Notes: generated from the sequence alone by a model not told the origin. A DNA stretch of 64,000 bases from a virus (IMGVR_UViG_3300050821_003907:32001-96000); one strand, 5' to 3'. Shown: positions 53,150 through 63,435, numbered from the stretch's first letter. Numbers and translations: made by a program.

Positions 53150-55483
53150 ATGCAGTTTGCCCTCACGCCTCGTGAGACAGTGCAGGACCTAGCATGGGAG
53201 ATGGCAGGCAAAGGCTGGCAGCCGGTGTTCTGCCTGGCCAGGCAGAGCGGTTCCTTCACCCCGCAGCACGGTTCCACTGGCGGCTCAGCGCTTTACGGGT
53301 GGAACGGCGAGCAGCCTGACGGCGCTCACCGGCTGGCATTCCGACCCCCGCGTAATGTCGTCGTCTTCGACGTAGACCATTACGACGGAAAGCGCGGTGC
53401 TGACACCATTGACGCGGCAGAAGCCCGTCTTGGCCCGCTGCCCCTCACCTGGAAGGTTTCATCTCGCGGAGATGAGAACCCGTCAGGGCGGTACCTGTTC
53501 CGCAAGCCTGTAGACCTTGACTTCACGGACAGCGCCCTGGCCGCATTCGGCACTGATGGCGTGACCAACGTGGAAATCGTGCGCACCGCGCACCGCTTCT
53601 CCTGGGCACCGGGTGACATCAACCACAAGAATGGCCAGGTGGTAATGTGCTTCGACCCTGACGGGGAGCCTGGCAAGCTGCCGAACGTAGATGACCTGCC
53701 TGAGCTTCCGGAAGCCTGGGTGGCCTACCTGCGTAATCCTCCTGTTCCGCAAACTGCCACGGCCTACAATGCTCCTTGCGACGGGCCAGAATGGTGGCTC
53801 GCGCAGGCTGACGATTCCCTGGGAACGCGCCAGGAACTGGCCGGTTTCGGCATGAAGATAATGAACAGCCGCCAGCCTGTGGAAACAGCCATGGAGCAGA
53901 TGCTCCGGTGCTCACTAGACCTGGACCCCGCGCGTCCCTGGCGCGAGTCGGACCTGTGGCCGCTGCTGGACAGCAACACCCAGCGCAAGGTAGCGGAGAA
54001 CCTGGCCCGCCAGGACTTCGAGTATGAGTTCGTCAAGGAGCAGTCACACGCTACTGACGAGCAACTGACCAAGGAAGCAGAGCGTACGCAAGAAGAGTAT
54101 GAGCGCAAGAATGCATTCGATGCGGCTGCCAAGCAGCGTCTTAGCGCCGTGACTAACTTCGTGATAGAGCAGAGGCCCGGCATTCCCATCTGCTTTGACC
54201 CGGATGACCCGGATTACCAGCCTGAGCCTCAGGTAACCACCTCTAACTTCCACGAAATGATTCGCGGCCTTCCTGTGTACAAGCAGGAAGTAGGCCGGAT
54301 GCTGGCGCGCAAGATTGCGGAGAAGGACGTGCGCGACCTTCTCAAGAAAGAGTTCAAGGGGTTTCAGGACATCACTCAGCAGCAGGAAATCCCTGAGCCG
54401 GAACTACTGCAAGTAGTAGGCAAGGACCAGAAGTCCTCAGCTGTTATTCCCCGCAAGACCGTGAGCGTGCTGTCGGGCCACCGTGCATCAGGCAAGACGT
54501 GGGTCGCGGCTGCTTTTGCCGCCCAGGAAATGCGGGCAGACCGGCACGTAATCTGGGTGGACTTCGAGCGCCAGCCTGCACTGCTACGGGAAAAGCTGAA
54601 GATTTGCGGCATCGTCTCAGATGAGGTTGTGCGCAATCAGCTTCACTACACCGATGAACTGCCCCCGGACCTTGCGTTCGAGGCTGCTCAGTACCCTGAC
54701 TGCCTTATCGTCATCGACGCGTGGCGTGGCTTGCAGCAAGATGTTGCCCCTGCTACTTCAGCTAACGACGGCGACGCCGTAGAGCAGGTGTACGCGGACG
54801 TGCTCAATCCTGCTGTAGGAGTAGGCGCGACCATCGTCATCCTTGACCACCTTGCCAAGACAGGCATAGGAGGCACGTTCGGTTCTGAGCGTAAGGAATC
54901 TGCTGCCGACTACGTGTTCAAGGTAGAGCAGGCACAGGCATTCTCCCGTAAGTCCGAGGGCTACTCTGCCATGACGGTCACCAAGGACCGTTACGGGCAC
55001 CACACCGTGGACACTCCTGTTGCTTACCTGTGGGTGCCTGCCGGTGAGAGCGGCCCTTCCATCAAGGACTACCCGAAGATGCCTGAGCTGCGTAACTGGT
55101 CTCCTGAGGCTGATGACCTGCCAACGCCTGAAGAGGTGCTGAGCGGCGAGGAGCGCCCCGCTAAGGCTGACAAGCCCAAGGCAGCTCGCCCCAAGCACGA
55201 AGAGGTTGAGCGCAAGCGCAGGCTCGTCCTGGGCATTGTCGGAAGGATGCCCTTGCAGTTCGGCGTGCGACCGCTGGCACACGAAGCCATGGGGCAGTTC
55301 CCAGAAATTTTCGACAACCTGGACAACACCATCGCTTTCGTCAGGCGCATGGAGCACCCCGACAATCTCATCATCAGGGACGGCGGCGGCAAGTTCGAGC
55401 TCCGTCAGCCACCGGCGACTAGTGGTGCCCCTGCTCCCGAGATGGACCTGTCGCTGCCAGAGGACTTCGATGAGGATGAGTAG
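53150..55483 (+). CDS. Bifunctional primase-polymerase fused to RecA-like (AAA_25-type) helicase
   Basis: VVFDVDH (DxD), TWKVSSRG..GRYLF; Walker A GHRASGKT, Walker B LIVID, ILDH; SD GGAG. Confidence 0.85.
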   Translation: MQFALTPRETVQDLAWEMAGKGWQPVFCLARQSGSFTPQHGSTGGSALYGWNGEQPDGAHRLAFRPPRNVVVFDVDHYDGKRGADTIDAAEARLGPLPLTWKVSSRGDENPSGRYLFRKPVDLDFTDSALAAFGTDGVTNVEIVRTAHRFSWAPGDINHKNGQVVMCFDPDGEPGKLPNVDDLPELPEAWVAYLRNPPVPQTATAYNAPCDGPEWWLAQADDSLGTRQELAGFGMKIMNSRQPVETAMEQMLRCSLDLDPARPWRESDLWPLLDSNTQRKVAENLARQDFEYEFVKEQSHATDEQLTKEAERTQEEYERKNAFDAAAKQRLSAVTNFVIEQRPGIPICFDPDDPDYQPEPQVTTSNFHEMIRGLPVYKQEVGRMLARKIAEKDVRDLLKKEFKGFQDITQQQEIPEPELLQVVGKDQKSSAVIPRKTVSVLSGHRASGKTWVAAAFAAQEMRADRHVIWVDFERQPALLREKLKICGIVSDEVVRNQLHYTDELPPDLAFEAAQYPDCLIVIDAWRGLQQDVAPATSANDGDAVEQVYADVLNPAVGVGATIVILDHLAKTGIGGTFGSERKESAADYVFKVEQAQAFSRKSEGYSAMTVTKDRYGHHTVDTPVAYLWVPAGESGPSIKDYPKMPELRNWSPEADDLPTPEEVLSGEERPAKADKPKAARPKHEEVERKRRLVLGIVGRMPLQFGVRPLAHEAMGQFPEIFDNLDNTIAFVRRMEHPDNLIIRDGGGKFELRQPPATSGAPAPEMDLSLPEDFDEDE

Positions 55484-55484
55484 G

Positions 55485-55643
55485 GGTGTGCTAAACGGTG
55501 TGCTGAAGGTGTGCTATGGCACACTTCAGGGTCAAGTGCTAGGTGTGCTGGAGTGTGTGCCATCCCACCCTTGTCTTTAGACAAGTGGTGGCACACCTTC
55601 AGCACAGCACACCTGGAACAGCACAAAAAGAAAAAAGCACACC
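55485..55643. repeat. Iteron array/large palindrome, candidate replication origin
   Basis: GGTGTGCT at 55485, 55497, 55508, 55542; inverted copies at 55590 (1 mismatch), 55606, 55636; central CTTGTC-TTTA-GACAAG hairpin; A-tract. Confidence 0.75.
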
Positions 55644-55689
55644 TGACAACGAAAGTCGAAGCAGTGAAGACTGGAGGTAGGCTGAATCA

Positions 55690-57858
55690 GTGGCAAGCCG
55701 ACTGAGTGAAGACGAGAAGCTGGAACGCGCCCGCATTAAGGCCGACAAGGCCGCCGCGAAGCTGGCGGAGCGTGAAGCCGCTGCGGCTGTCCGCAAGGCA
55801 GAGATGGAACTCCGCAAGCAGGAGCGTGACGCTGAGCGTGAACGCCTTAAGGCCGAAAAGGCTGAGGCCAAGGCTCGTGAGAAGCTAGAGCTGGCTATTG
55901 CCAAGCTGGAAGAGGCTGAAGGCCCGAAGTACCAGCTACCGGCCATAGTTAACCGCAAGGGCGTTGTGGTGTCTACTGACACCGCGACTGCCTGGAGGGT
56001 CCTTCAGGACTACATGAGCGCCTTGTGCCTGGATGTCGAGACTTCTGGTTACCCACCGGGTCACGAGCACTACGCGCTCCGCACGGTCCAGCTAGGCGGT
56101 GAGCACTACGCTGTAGTACTGGACGCCGATGATGAAGAGCAGATGGTCCTGGCTTCCCTGGCGCTCAAGATGGCCGACAAGCTTCACGCGCACAGTGCCG
56201 TGGCTGACCTGGTGCCTTGCGTTATCGCTGGCCTTATCGGCTGGGACGAGGCTTGGGCCAAGATGCACGATTCCGTGCTCTACGCCAAGCTGACTGACCC
56301 TAAGCAGTCTGGGTCTGATGCCGAGGGCCTTAAGGAGCTGGCCTCAGCCCTGCTGTCGCATTACGCGACAGCGCCGCTGGCTGAAAAAGCCAAGAACGCG
56401 CTGTTCAAGGTAATGGGCTGCCTGGTCAGCACTGAAATCACCACCCCAGTTGAGCGTAATGGCTGGTACATGGTGAACAAGAATTGCGAGACCATGATTG
56501 TCTACGCAGGTTCTGACGTACTGGACCTCGGTGCGGTACTGCGCATGCTGCCTTCGCTGCCGGTGGACAACAGCGTGCTCGACCGTGAACGAGAGTTCGA
56601 GGCTATCTGCTCGCGCGTCGCGTGGACGGGCTTCAAGCTGGACACCAGTCATGTCAAGGAAATGATTGCCAAGTACGAGAAGGAGCGCGAGGAACTTCTC
56701 GCCATCGTTCAGTACTTGTCAAGTGGTCTTATCGAGAATCCGTCCTCACCAGATACAGGCGAGAAGTTGTTGCAGCTTTTCCCTGAGCTTGACGGCAAGC
56801 TGGAACTAAGCGAGAAGACCGGCAAGCCATCCGCAGCTAAAGCATCTCTTGAGCGTCCAGCCAAGGAAGGCAACGTCCTGTGCAAGGCAATCCTTGCTTA
56901 CAGGCACTCTGTGACCACCTTGGGCCTTCTTCTGAGGCCACTGGAGAACCTGTGTGATTATGGTGACGGTCGCATGCGGCCTACTGTGTACACCATCAAC
57001 GCAGACACCGGTCGCACATCTTGCGTGCGTCCTAACGGCCAGCAGTTTTCTCGCCAGGGAGGCATCAGGCAATGCGTTCGCGCTGACGAGGGTTTCCTGG
57101 GCATCGCGGCTGACTTCCAGGGATGTGAAATCCGCGTTGCGGCAGCGCTGTCAGGTGACAAGGAAGTTCTTGAAGCCGAGATTTCGCCTAAATGCTATCT
57201 GTGCGACGGTAATCCTTGCACCTGCGGTAAGCACCACACCGGACTCCACTGGCTGGCAGCTCACATCGCGTGGGGCGAAGGAGCCACCAAAGAGAACCGG
57301 TACGTTGCCAAGCGTATCATCTTCTCCAAGCTGTTCGGCGGTTCTCCAGCAGCAGGTGCTCGCCAGACTGGCGTGACCATGGAAGAGTCTCAGGCAGTGC
57401 ACGATGCGTTCTCCGAGATTGCTCCGGTGTACACAGAGTGGGACAAGTGGCTGCGTAAGTGCTTCTATGAGGGCAAGATGGTATGGCGGGACTATGAGAC
57501 CGGGCAGAACTACGGCAGTGACCTGCCTGGTAGTCGTCGTGGTATCTACCGCACGTACTCAGGCCGCAACATCTACATCAACAGCGGTCACGCTTTCGGC
57601 AATTACGCTATCCAGGGCACTGCCCGTGAACTTCTGGTAGACGGAGTCCTGCGCTGGAATCAGACTCGCTGGGCGCAGTATCCTATCCTTCCGGTGCATG
57701 ATGAAGTGCTTTCCTGGGTTCCTGCTGATGAGGCTCACGAGGCTGTTCAGGTACTTAAGCAGTGCATGGAGACTTCCGTGCTCAGCACGCCTGATTTCCC
57801 TGTCACAGTTGGTGCTGACCCTGACGAGCCGTTTGCTTACTGGCCGGACTCTAGCTGA
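55690..57858 (+). CDS. polA: DNA polymerase, family A, with 3'-5' exonuclease
   Basis: ExoI LDVETSG, ExoIII YAGSD, TGRTS, motif A ADFQGCEIR, motif B RYVAKRIIF, NYAIQGTA, motif C VHDE; TAGGCT-N6-GTG. Confidence 0.92.
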   Translation: MASRLSEDEKLERARIKADKAAAKLAEREAAAAVRKAEMELRKQERDAERERLKAEKAEAKAREKLELAIAKLEEAEGPKYQLPAIVNRKGVVVSTDTATAWRVLQDYMSALCLDVETSGYPPGHEHYALRTVQLGGEHYAVVLDADDEEQMVLASLALKMADKLHAHSAVADLVPCVIAGLIGWDEAWAKMHDSVLYAKLTDPKQSGSDAEGLKELASALLSHYATAPLAEKAKNALFKVMGCLVSTEITTPVERNGWYMVNKNCETMIVYAGSDVLDLGAVLRMLPSLPVDNSVLDREREFEAICSRVAWTGFKLDTSHVKEMIAKYEKEREELLAIVQYLSSGLIENPSSPDTGEKLLQLFPELDGKLELSEKTGKPSAAKASLERPAKEGNVLCKAILAYRHSVTTLGLLLRPLENLCDYGDGRMRPTVYTINADTGRTSCVRPNGQQFSRQGGIRQCVRADEGFLGIAADFQGCEIRVAAALSGDKEVLEAEISPKCYLCDGNPCTCGKHHTGLHWLAAHIAWGEGATKENRYVAKRIIFSKLFGGSPAAGARQTGVTMEESQAVHDAFSEIAPVYTEWDKWLRKCFYEGKMVWRDYETGQNYGSDLPGSRRGIYRTYSGRNIYINSGHAFGNYAIQGTARELLVDGVLRWNQTRWAQYPILPVHDEVLSWVPADEAHEAVQVLKQCMETSVLSTPDFPVTVGADPDEPFAYWPDSS

Positions 57859-58019
57859 TGGCGGGAATTCCGAAAACTACCCGTAACAAGAAGCCGGAGC
57901 CGTGCAAGAATTGCGGTGAGGATGTGTGGAATCCCTATACAGGCTCTTGTGATGAGTGCCATGCGAAGGTTTATGCGGAGTTTGTGAAAGCGATGGGCTG
58001 GGAGGACGATTCCAGCTGA
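57858..58019 (+). CDS. Small Zn-finger protein (53 aa, not in ORF track)
   Basis: TGATG coupling; CKNC...CDEC. Confidence 0.5.
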   Translation: MAGIPKTTRNKKPEPCKNCGEDVWNPYTGSCDECHAKVYAEFVKAMGWEDDSS

Positions 58020-58095
58020 CGATACCGGAATTTGAATGCCTTAAGGTACTGTGATATAGAGGGCGTTTTCCGGCTAATCGTGAGGAGTGGTCAGC

Positions 58096-59835
58096 ATGTG
58101 GTTCAAGGGGTATAACGCTGACCGATTCGAATTCCTGTACTCCCAGTACCTTCCTGCTACCAGTGTTGCTGCCGCAACTTGGGGACTCTACGCTAGTGTT
58201 AGTGGCGGCGAGAATTACTGGTACCTTCAGGGTTACTCAACTGCTGCTGCCTTGGCTGCTGACGTTAATGCCTTTGTGGCCGCTGCTGGCGGAACCCCGT
58301 GGATGGTAATAGGCGACCTGACCACAATTTCTACCACGACAGTGCTCGTGGCCATTAACTTCGAAGTGGCTAAGGGATTCACCGACACTGGCACGGGCAT
58401 TGCTGTTCGCGGTTCCTGGTGCACACTCGGGTACACGCCTTACGCGAACTACGCTGCCGCTCGCACCGCTATTCTCGGCATTACCTCAACGGCTAACGAG
58501 CCTGTTCACAACGTGAGGAACCACGGTGCCGTAGGTGACGGTGTAACCGACGACCATCTGGCTTTCCAGTCGGCCGTTAATGCGGCTAGCACCGCAGGCG
58601 GCGGTGTCGTTTACATCCCTGAAGGTTCTTATTACATCGGAAGCCGCGTTACCCCTCAGAGCACAACAATCATTCAGGGTGCGGGCATGAACACCACCAC
58701 GCTTATCAGCGGAGTAGCGTTTGACTACGTGTTCTACACAAGCAATAGTGGTAGCGGCATTCAGGATTTCACGCTACGTGACCTGACGGTTAACGTGAAT
58801 AACGTTTCGCATGGTGCTGGCATCCGTTTTGAATACGCCACCCGGATTCTCGTAGAGCGTGTTCACATCCAGAACGTGTCCAATGGCTGGGGTGCGGTAA
58901 TTGGCGCTCCGGGAGCCACGAGTACTTACATCAATACAGACATTAAGTTCCGTGATTGCTTCTTCGATACGCAGAACAGCACGCTTGAGATGCTGCTTAT
59001 CATGAACACTCAGCACGCAGAGGTAATTAACTGCAAGTTCTACAATCAGACAGCTTCCAGCGGTCCCGGCCTAGGCATTTATCAGGTTTGCGATGATATC
59101 CAGGTAAGCCACTGCATCTTTAGTGCTATTTCGGGTCCGGCTATTTACTATTCCCTGTCCTGCAATAATATCACCATCGATAACTGCGCTTTTTACGGAG
59201 TAAATGGTGGCACGGGCGTTCAGGGCACTAATCTTTCTGACAATGGGGCGTTCGGGTACGGTTACGTATACGGCCTTTCAGTGACTAATTGCTATTTTAC
59301 GGGGCTTGCCGTAGGACTTCAGCTAGGAGCCACTAAGGGTGCCTTGGTTGACACCTGTAATTTTGACTCGAATTACAACATCGCTATTTTCCTGAATGCA
59401 GGAAACCAGGGCGTTTCGGCCCTGGCTAAGTACTGGACGATAGCGAATTGCCGGTTCCGGAATAACAACCAGCAGGGCACTAATGGCACTATCCACCCCG
59501 CTATCTTCTTTTCCACAATTGCCGGAAGCATGTACGGCAAGTTGACGAATTGCTCTTTCTGGGATGACGGTGCAGGCGGCGTTAATACCCAGTTCTGTCC
59601 TATATCCTTTTACGGGCCAGGAACATGGGATTACATAAAGGTAACTGACTGCTATATTGAGCAGCATTCTACTACTAACGTGAACCAGCAGCTGTTCCTG
59701 GTGAACAGTGCACTCCTCGGCTCAAACGTGGCAATCCTGAACTCCACGTACTCCACAGGGACGGTCACGATACCTGTTAATGCACCGAACCAGCTCAAGG
59801 GTTTCTCTGTAGCCATGGGCATCGCTCTAGGGTAA
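58096..59835 (+). CDS. Right-handed beta-helix (pectate-lyase-like) protein
   Basis: NVRNHGAVGDGVTDDHLAFQSAVNAA...VYIPEGSY; Asn/Cys-ladder repeats; SD GAGGAG. Confidence 0.85.
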   Translation: MWFKGYNADRFEFLYSQYLPATSVAAATWGLYASVSGGENYWYLQGYSTAAALAADVNAFVAAAGGTPWMVIGDLTTISTTTVLVAINFEVAKGFTDTGTGIAVRGSWCTLGYTPYANYAAARTAILGITSTANEPVHNVRNHGAVGDGVTDDHLAFQSAVNAASTAGGGVVYIPEGSYYIGSRVTPQSTTIIQGAGMNTTTLISGVAFDYVFYTSNSGSGIQDFTLRDLTVNVNNVSHGAGIRFEYATRILVERVHIQNVSNGWGAVIGAPGATSTYINTDIKFRDCFFDTQNSTLEMLLIMNTQHAEVINCKFYNQTASSGPGLGIYQVCDDIQVSHCIFSAISGPAIYYSLSCNNITIDNCAFYGVNGGTGVQGTNLSDNGAFGYGYVYGLSVTNCYFTGLAVGLQLGATKGALVDTCNFDSNYNIAIFLNAGNQGVSALAKYWTIANCRFRNNNQQGTNGTIHPAIFFSTIAGSMYGKLTNCSFWDDGAGGVNTQFCPISFYGPGTWDYIKVTDCYIEQHSTTNVNQQLFLVNSALLGSNVAILNSTYSTGTVTIPVNAPNQLKGFSVAMGIALG

Positions 59836-59906
59836 GAAGCGCGAATACGGTACGCTGGATATGACCGCCATCCCTTACATGAGCGTGCTAGGAGGCAGTA
59901 GCTCCC

Positions 59907-62162
59907 ATGGCCCCTTCCTATATCACGCTAACTGTTGACGTTTACAACGGGGCAGGAGCGCAGCCTTCTCGGGGTTATGCGTATTTCGCGCCCAACGTTA
60001 CCCTGACGAACTCCACAGACCACATGGTGGTCACGCAAGGTGCCATAGCAGCGCCCTTCACTAACGGTGTAGCTCCCACAGTAAGCCTGCTGCCCACTGA
60101 CAACGCTAATTTCACGCCTAATGGCTGGGCCTGGACGGTCATATTCAGCCAGAATCCTCCTGTAGACGGTGCGCCAGCTAACTTCAGTTTTGACTTGCCT
60201 GCCGGACCCGCCAATTTTACGGCAACTAATGCTTCTCCTTGTGTTTTCACCTGGACGCCTACTACTACGCTTACAACGCTGCCCGCAGGCACCGGGATTA
60301 AGCTGAGCGGCGGAAGTGTTCCCGCAGGATTCACGGCAGGCACTACGTATTACGTGATTAACTCGTCTGGCTCTACTTTCAACCTGGCGGCTACCGTAGG
60401 CGGTAGTGCCATTAACTCCACGGGCAGCGGTTCAGGCACGCTAAGCGTAGTGAGCATGTTCTTGTCGGCGCTGACACCGCTGTCTCCTACCATTCCCACT
60501 ATCGCGCCTTTCGCGCCGGGACTTTCAGCCAACGTGGTAGTAACCGCTTCAGGCGCGGTGGCGACTAACGTGGTGACTGAGGTAGACGCTAGCACGGGCA
60601 ATAAGGCGATGACGCTGCCAGCTCCAGTCAATGGCGCAATGGTAGTAGTGGAGAAGTGGGACACTACAGGTAATACTGTCACCATTTCCGGCAGCATAAG
60701 AGATTCGGCTGCTTCTGTAACGCTTCAAGCTCAGTACCAGTCGTACATGTTCCTGTGCTGGGCCACTACCTGGTGGCCTGTCGCTTACACGACGCCTACA
60801 GCTACGCTGGACCTCAGATATCCCGTGTGGTACAGCGTTAAGTGGTACGGGGCTAAGGGTGATGGCGTAACTGATGACCATACGGCTTTCCAGAATGCCG
60901 TCAACGCGGCTAATACCGCAGGTGGCGGCATCGTCTACGTTCCCGCATCTTCTTACTATATAGGCAGTCGTGTTACGCTGAAGACAGGCGTGACTATCGT
61001 GGGCGACGGTATTGACTCTACTGTCCTGATAAGCGGCGTGGCCTTTGACTATGTGTTCTACAGCAGCGATAGCGTAAATGGTCTTCAGGACAGCGTTGTC
61101 CAGGACATGACGATTAACGTCAACAACGTATCGCACGGAGCCGGTTATCGTATTGAGTATGCTACGAGGGTAAGCGTACTGAGGGTACGGTTCCTTAATG
61201 TGTCCAACGGATGGGGCGCGGTAGTAGGCATCGGCGTCGGCAGTACCAGTACTTACGTTAACACGCAAATAAAATTCCAGGACTGCTACTTTGACACCCA
61301 GAATAGCACGCTTGAAATGCTGCTGATAATGAACACTCAGCACATGGAGGTCATTAATTGTGACTTCTATAATAACACTGCTTCTAGCGGACCTGCTCTA
61401 GGTATTTATCAGGTGTGTGATGATATTCGCGTGTCTAATTCCACCTTCCGGTCTATCACGGGCCCGGCTCTTTATTACTCATTGTCCTGCAATAATATTA
61501 CCGTAGATGATTGCGCGTTTTACGGGGCTAGCGGTGGCACGGGCATTCAGGGCACTAACCTTTCCGACAACGGCGCTTTCGGGTATGGCTGGGTGTTTGG
61601 ACTGACAGTAAGTAACTGCTATTTCACCGGCCTTGCAATCGCTGTGGAGCTAGGGGCCACTAAGGGCGCTGTAGTTGATAACTGTAATTTCGAGAGTAAT
61701 TATAATATCCCTATTCTTATTCACCAGGGTAACCAGGGTGTTTCTAATACGACGGAGTACTGGATTATCACCAATAGCCGATTCCGTAATAACAACACGC
61801 AGAATACGCTTGCCTCTCTCCATCCCTGCATCTTGTTTCAGGGTGTCGGTGGCAGCATGTTCGGCCGGATTGAAAAGTGCAACATCTGGGACGACAGTGC
61901 GGGCGGTGCTCACACTCAGATTTATCCCATCTGCTTCGTCGGTGCATTTACCTGGGACTACATTAAGATATCCAATTGCTACTTTCAGCAGTACGCCACA
62001 ACTAATGCCGCCCAGCAACTGTTTCTTTTCAGCAGTGCAGTTAACGGGTCTCACGTTATAACCGAAAGTTCCACGTTTGCCACCGGTTCCGTCACGCTTC
62101 CGGTTAACACCGCACCTCAACTCAAGGGTTTTTCCGTCGCCATGGGCATCGCGCTAGGATAG
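59907..62162 (+). CDS. Beta-helix protein paralog with extra N-terminal domains
   Basis: SVKWYGAKGDGVTDDHTAFQNA; C-terminal ~440 aa closely similar to 58096-59835. Confidence 0.85.
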   Translation: MAPSYITLTVDVYNGAGAQPSRGYAYFAPNVTLTNSTDHMVVTQGAIAAPFTNGVAPTVSLLPTDNANFTPNGWAWTVIFSQNPPVDGAPANFSFDLPAGPANFTATNASPCVFTWTPTTTLTTLPAGTGIKLSGGSVPAGFTAGTTYYVINSSGSTFNLAATVGGSAINSTGSGSGTLSVVSMFLSALTPLSPTIPTIAPFAPGLSANVVVTASGAVATNVVTEVDASTGNKAMTLPAPVNGAMVVVEKWDTTGNTVTISGSIRDSAASVTLQAQYQSYMFLCWATTWWPVAYTTPTATLDLRYPVWYSVKWYGAKGDGVTDDHTAFQNAVNAANTAGGGIVYVPASSYYIGSRVTLKTGVTIVGDGIDSTVLISGVAFDYVFYSSDSVNGLQDSVVQDMTINVNNVSHGAGYRIEYATRVSVLRVRFLNVSNGWGAVVGIGVGSTSTYVNTQIKFQDCYFDTQNSTLEMLLIMNTQHMEVINCDFYNNTASSGPALGIYQVCDDIRVSNSTFRSITGPALYYSLSCNNITVDDCAFYGASGGTGIQGTNLSDNGAFGYGWVFGLTVSNCYFTGLAIAVELGATKGAVVDNCNFESNYNIPILIHQGNQGVSNTTEYWIITNSRFRNNNTQNTLASLHPCILFQGVGGSMFGRIEKCNIWDDSAGGAHTQIYPICFVGAFTWDYIKISNCYFQQYATTNAAQQLFLFSSAVNGSHVITESSTFATGSVTLPVNTAPQLKGFSVAMGIALG

Positions 62163-62172
62163 GATTAATGAC

Positions 62173-63435
62173 ATGAAGCAAGTCGTACTTAACTACTCGT
62201 TTTCCGTCTCTGGCCTGACGGTAACCCTTAGCGACTTCACGGCTGCCAGCCCGGTGGACCTGAAGCGGCTGTACCTGATAGTGGACGTTACCACTAACCA
62301 GATACTCTATAACTTCGCTGACAGCTCAGTCGCCACCGCTACCATCAGCAGCAATAACGTAATCACGTTGTCCGCGCTTCCCACGGGTCCAGCCAATGGC
62401 GACTCGCTCCAGATTATCTACGACTTGCTGCCTACCGACCCGGTAGCCTACGAAGTACCCCTGGCGTTTCCCGGTTCAATTATCGAAACGCTGTCAGGCT
62501 GGACTTCAGCCACAACGATTAACACCACGCAGAACATTTACCTAGGACCGGCAGCATCGGCTCCTGCTATCATCGTGTCGCTAGACCAGACCAGCACTAT
62601 TTCTGGCGGTGCCATCTCATTCCAGGCGACATATGATGGAACGAACTGGTCAACAGTTCCGTCTAGTTCAGTAGTTGACCCCACTTCAGCTAACTACGCT
62701 ACCATTGCACTGCCTTACACACTGGTGGCGAGTACCAACAAGGTGTTCATGCTGCTGAACAGGGGCTGGCAGGGACTGCGGATAATCCTTTCCACGGCTA
62801 TTACGGGTACGGCTACCGTAACTCCGTACGTTACTATCCTGGGCGATTCTCCGGTTAACCAGGTAGTTGGCACGCCGACTGGCACCACGCCACCTCCTAA
62901 TGCAGTTCCCATTGGCATTAACGGTGCAGGTAACTCCTTGATTACCCCGCTAAGCGCGTACCACGTTGGGCCCTCAGGCGCGGGTGATTATTACCTGGCC
63001 GTAATGAACTACGCGTACAACGGCCAGACGGGAGGAGGGGATGCCACGCGCACTAACATGGATAACATCATCTGTGTTGCCGCTGCTGCTTACACGTCTA
63101 CCCAGACTCAGGCTGACCAGACCAACCCGACAGCCAAGGGCATAATGATAGTGGTTAACGTCACTTCGGCAGGCACGGGTTCTATTACCCCTGAGATTGA
63201 CGTGAAGGACCCTGTGTCCAGCGCGTACGTTTCCATTATGACTGCATCTGCGGCTATCGTGGCTAACGGCACTTACACTTACCTGGTTTACCCCGGCGCA
63301 GCGTCTACCGCAGGAACCAACAACGGGCTTACCCAGACTTCCCAGAACGTGCTCACCCGTACATGGCGCGTCAAGGTAACTGCCAACAACGCCAACTCAG
63401 TAACCTACAGTGTCGGAGCCATGCTAATCAACTAG
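62173..63435 (+). CDS. Hypothetical virion-associated protein
   Basis: N-terminal YSF...LKRLYLIVDVTTNQILYNFAD motif; S/T-rich beta domains. Confidence 0.65.
   Translation: MKQVVLNYSFSVSGLTVTLSDFTAASPVDLKRLYLIVDVTTNQILYNFADSSVATATISSNNVITLSALPTGPANGDSLQIIYDLLPTDPVAYEVPLAFPGSIIETLSGWTSATTINTTQNIYLGPAASAPAIIVSLDQTSTISGGAISFQATYDGTNWSTVPSSSVVDPTSANYATIALPYTLVASTNKVFMLLNRGWQGLRIILSTAITGTATVTPYVTILGDSPVNQVVGTPTGTTPPPNAVPIGINGAGNSLITPLSAYHVGPSGAGDYYLAVMNYAYNGQTGGGDATRTNMDNIICVAAAAYTSTQTQADQTNPTAKGIMIVVNVTSAGTGSITPEIDVKDPVSSAYVSIMTASAAIVANGTYTYLVYPGAASTAGTNNGLTQTSQNVLTRTWRVKVTANNANSVTYSVGAMLIN

Noticed and set aside
55485-55643. Repeat cluster as a CRISPR array
   Set aside because: Units are 8 bp, irregularly spaced and in both orientations, with no 25-45 bp repeat-spacer periodicity; the Cas4-like gene has no cas neighbours
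46806-57858. Inteins or introns in helicase, primase or polymerase
   Set aside because: Inserts are short, lack Hint motifs (N-terminal C/S block, C-terminal HN) and do not break the reading frames
58500-62162. Paralogous repeats as a diversity-generating retroelement TR/VR pair
   Set aside because: Differences are mostly synonymous and involve all bases, not adenine-specific; no reverse transcriptase in the window
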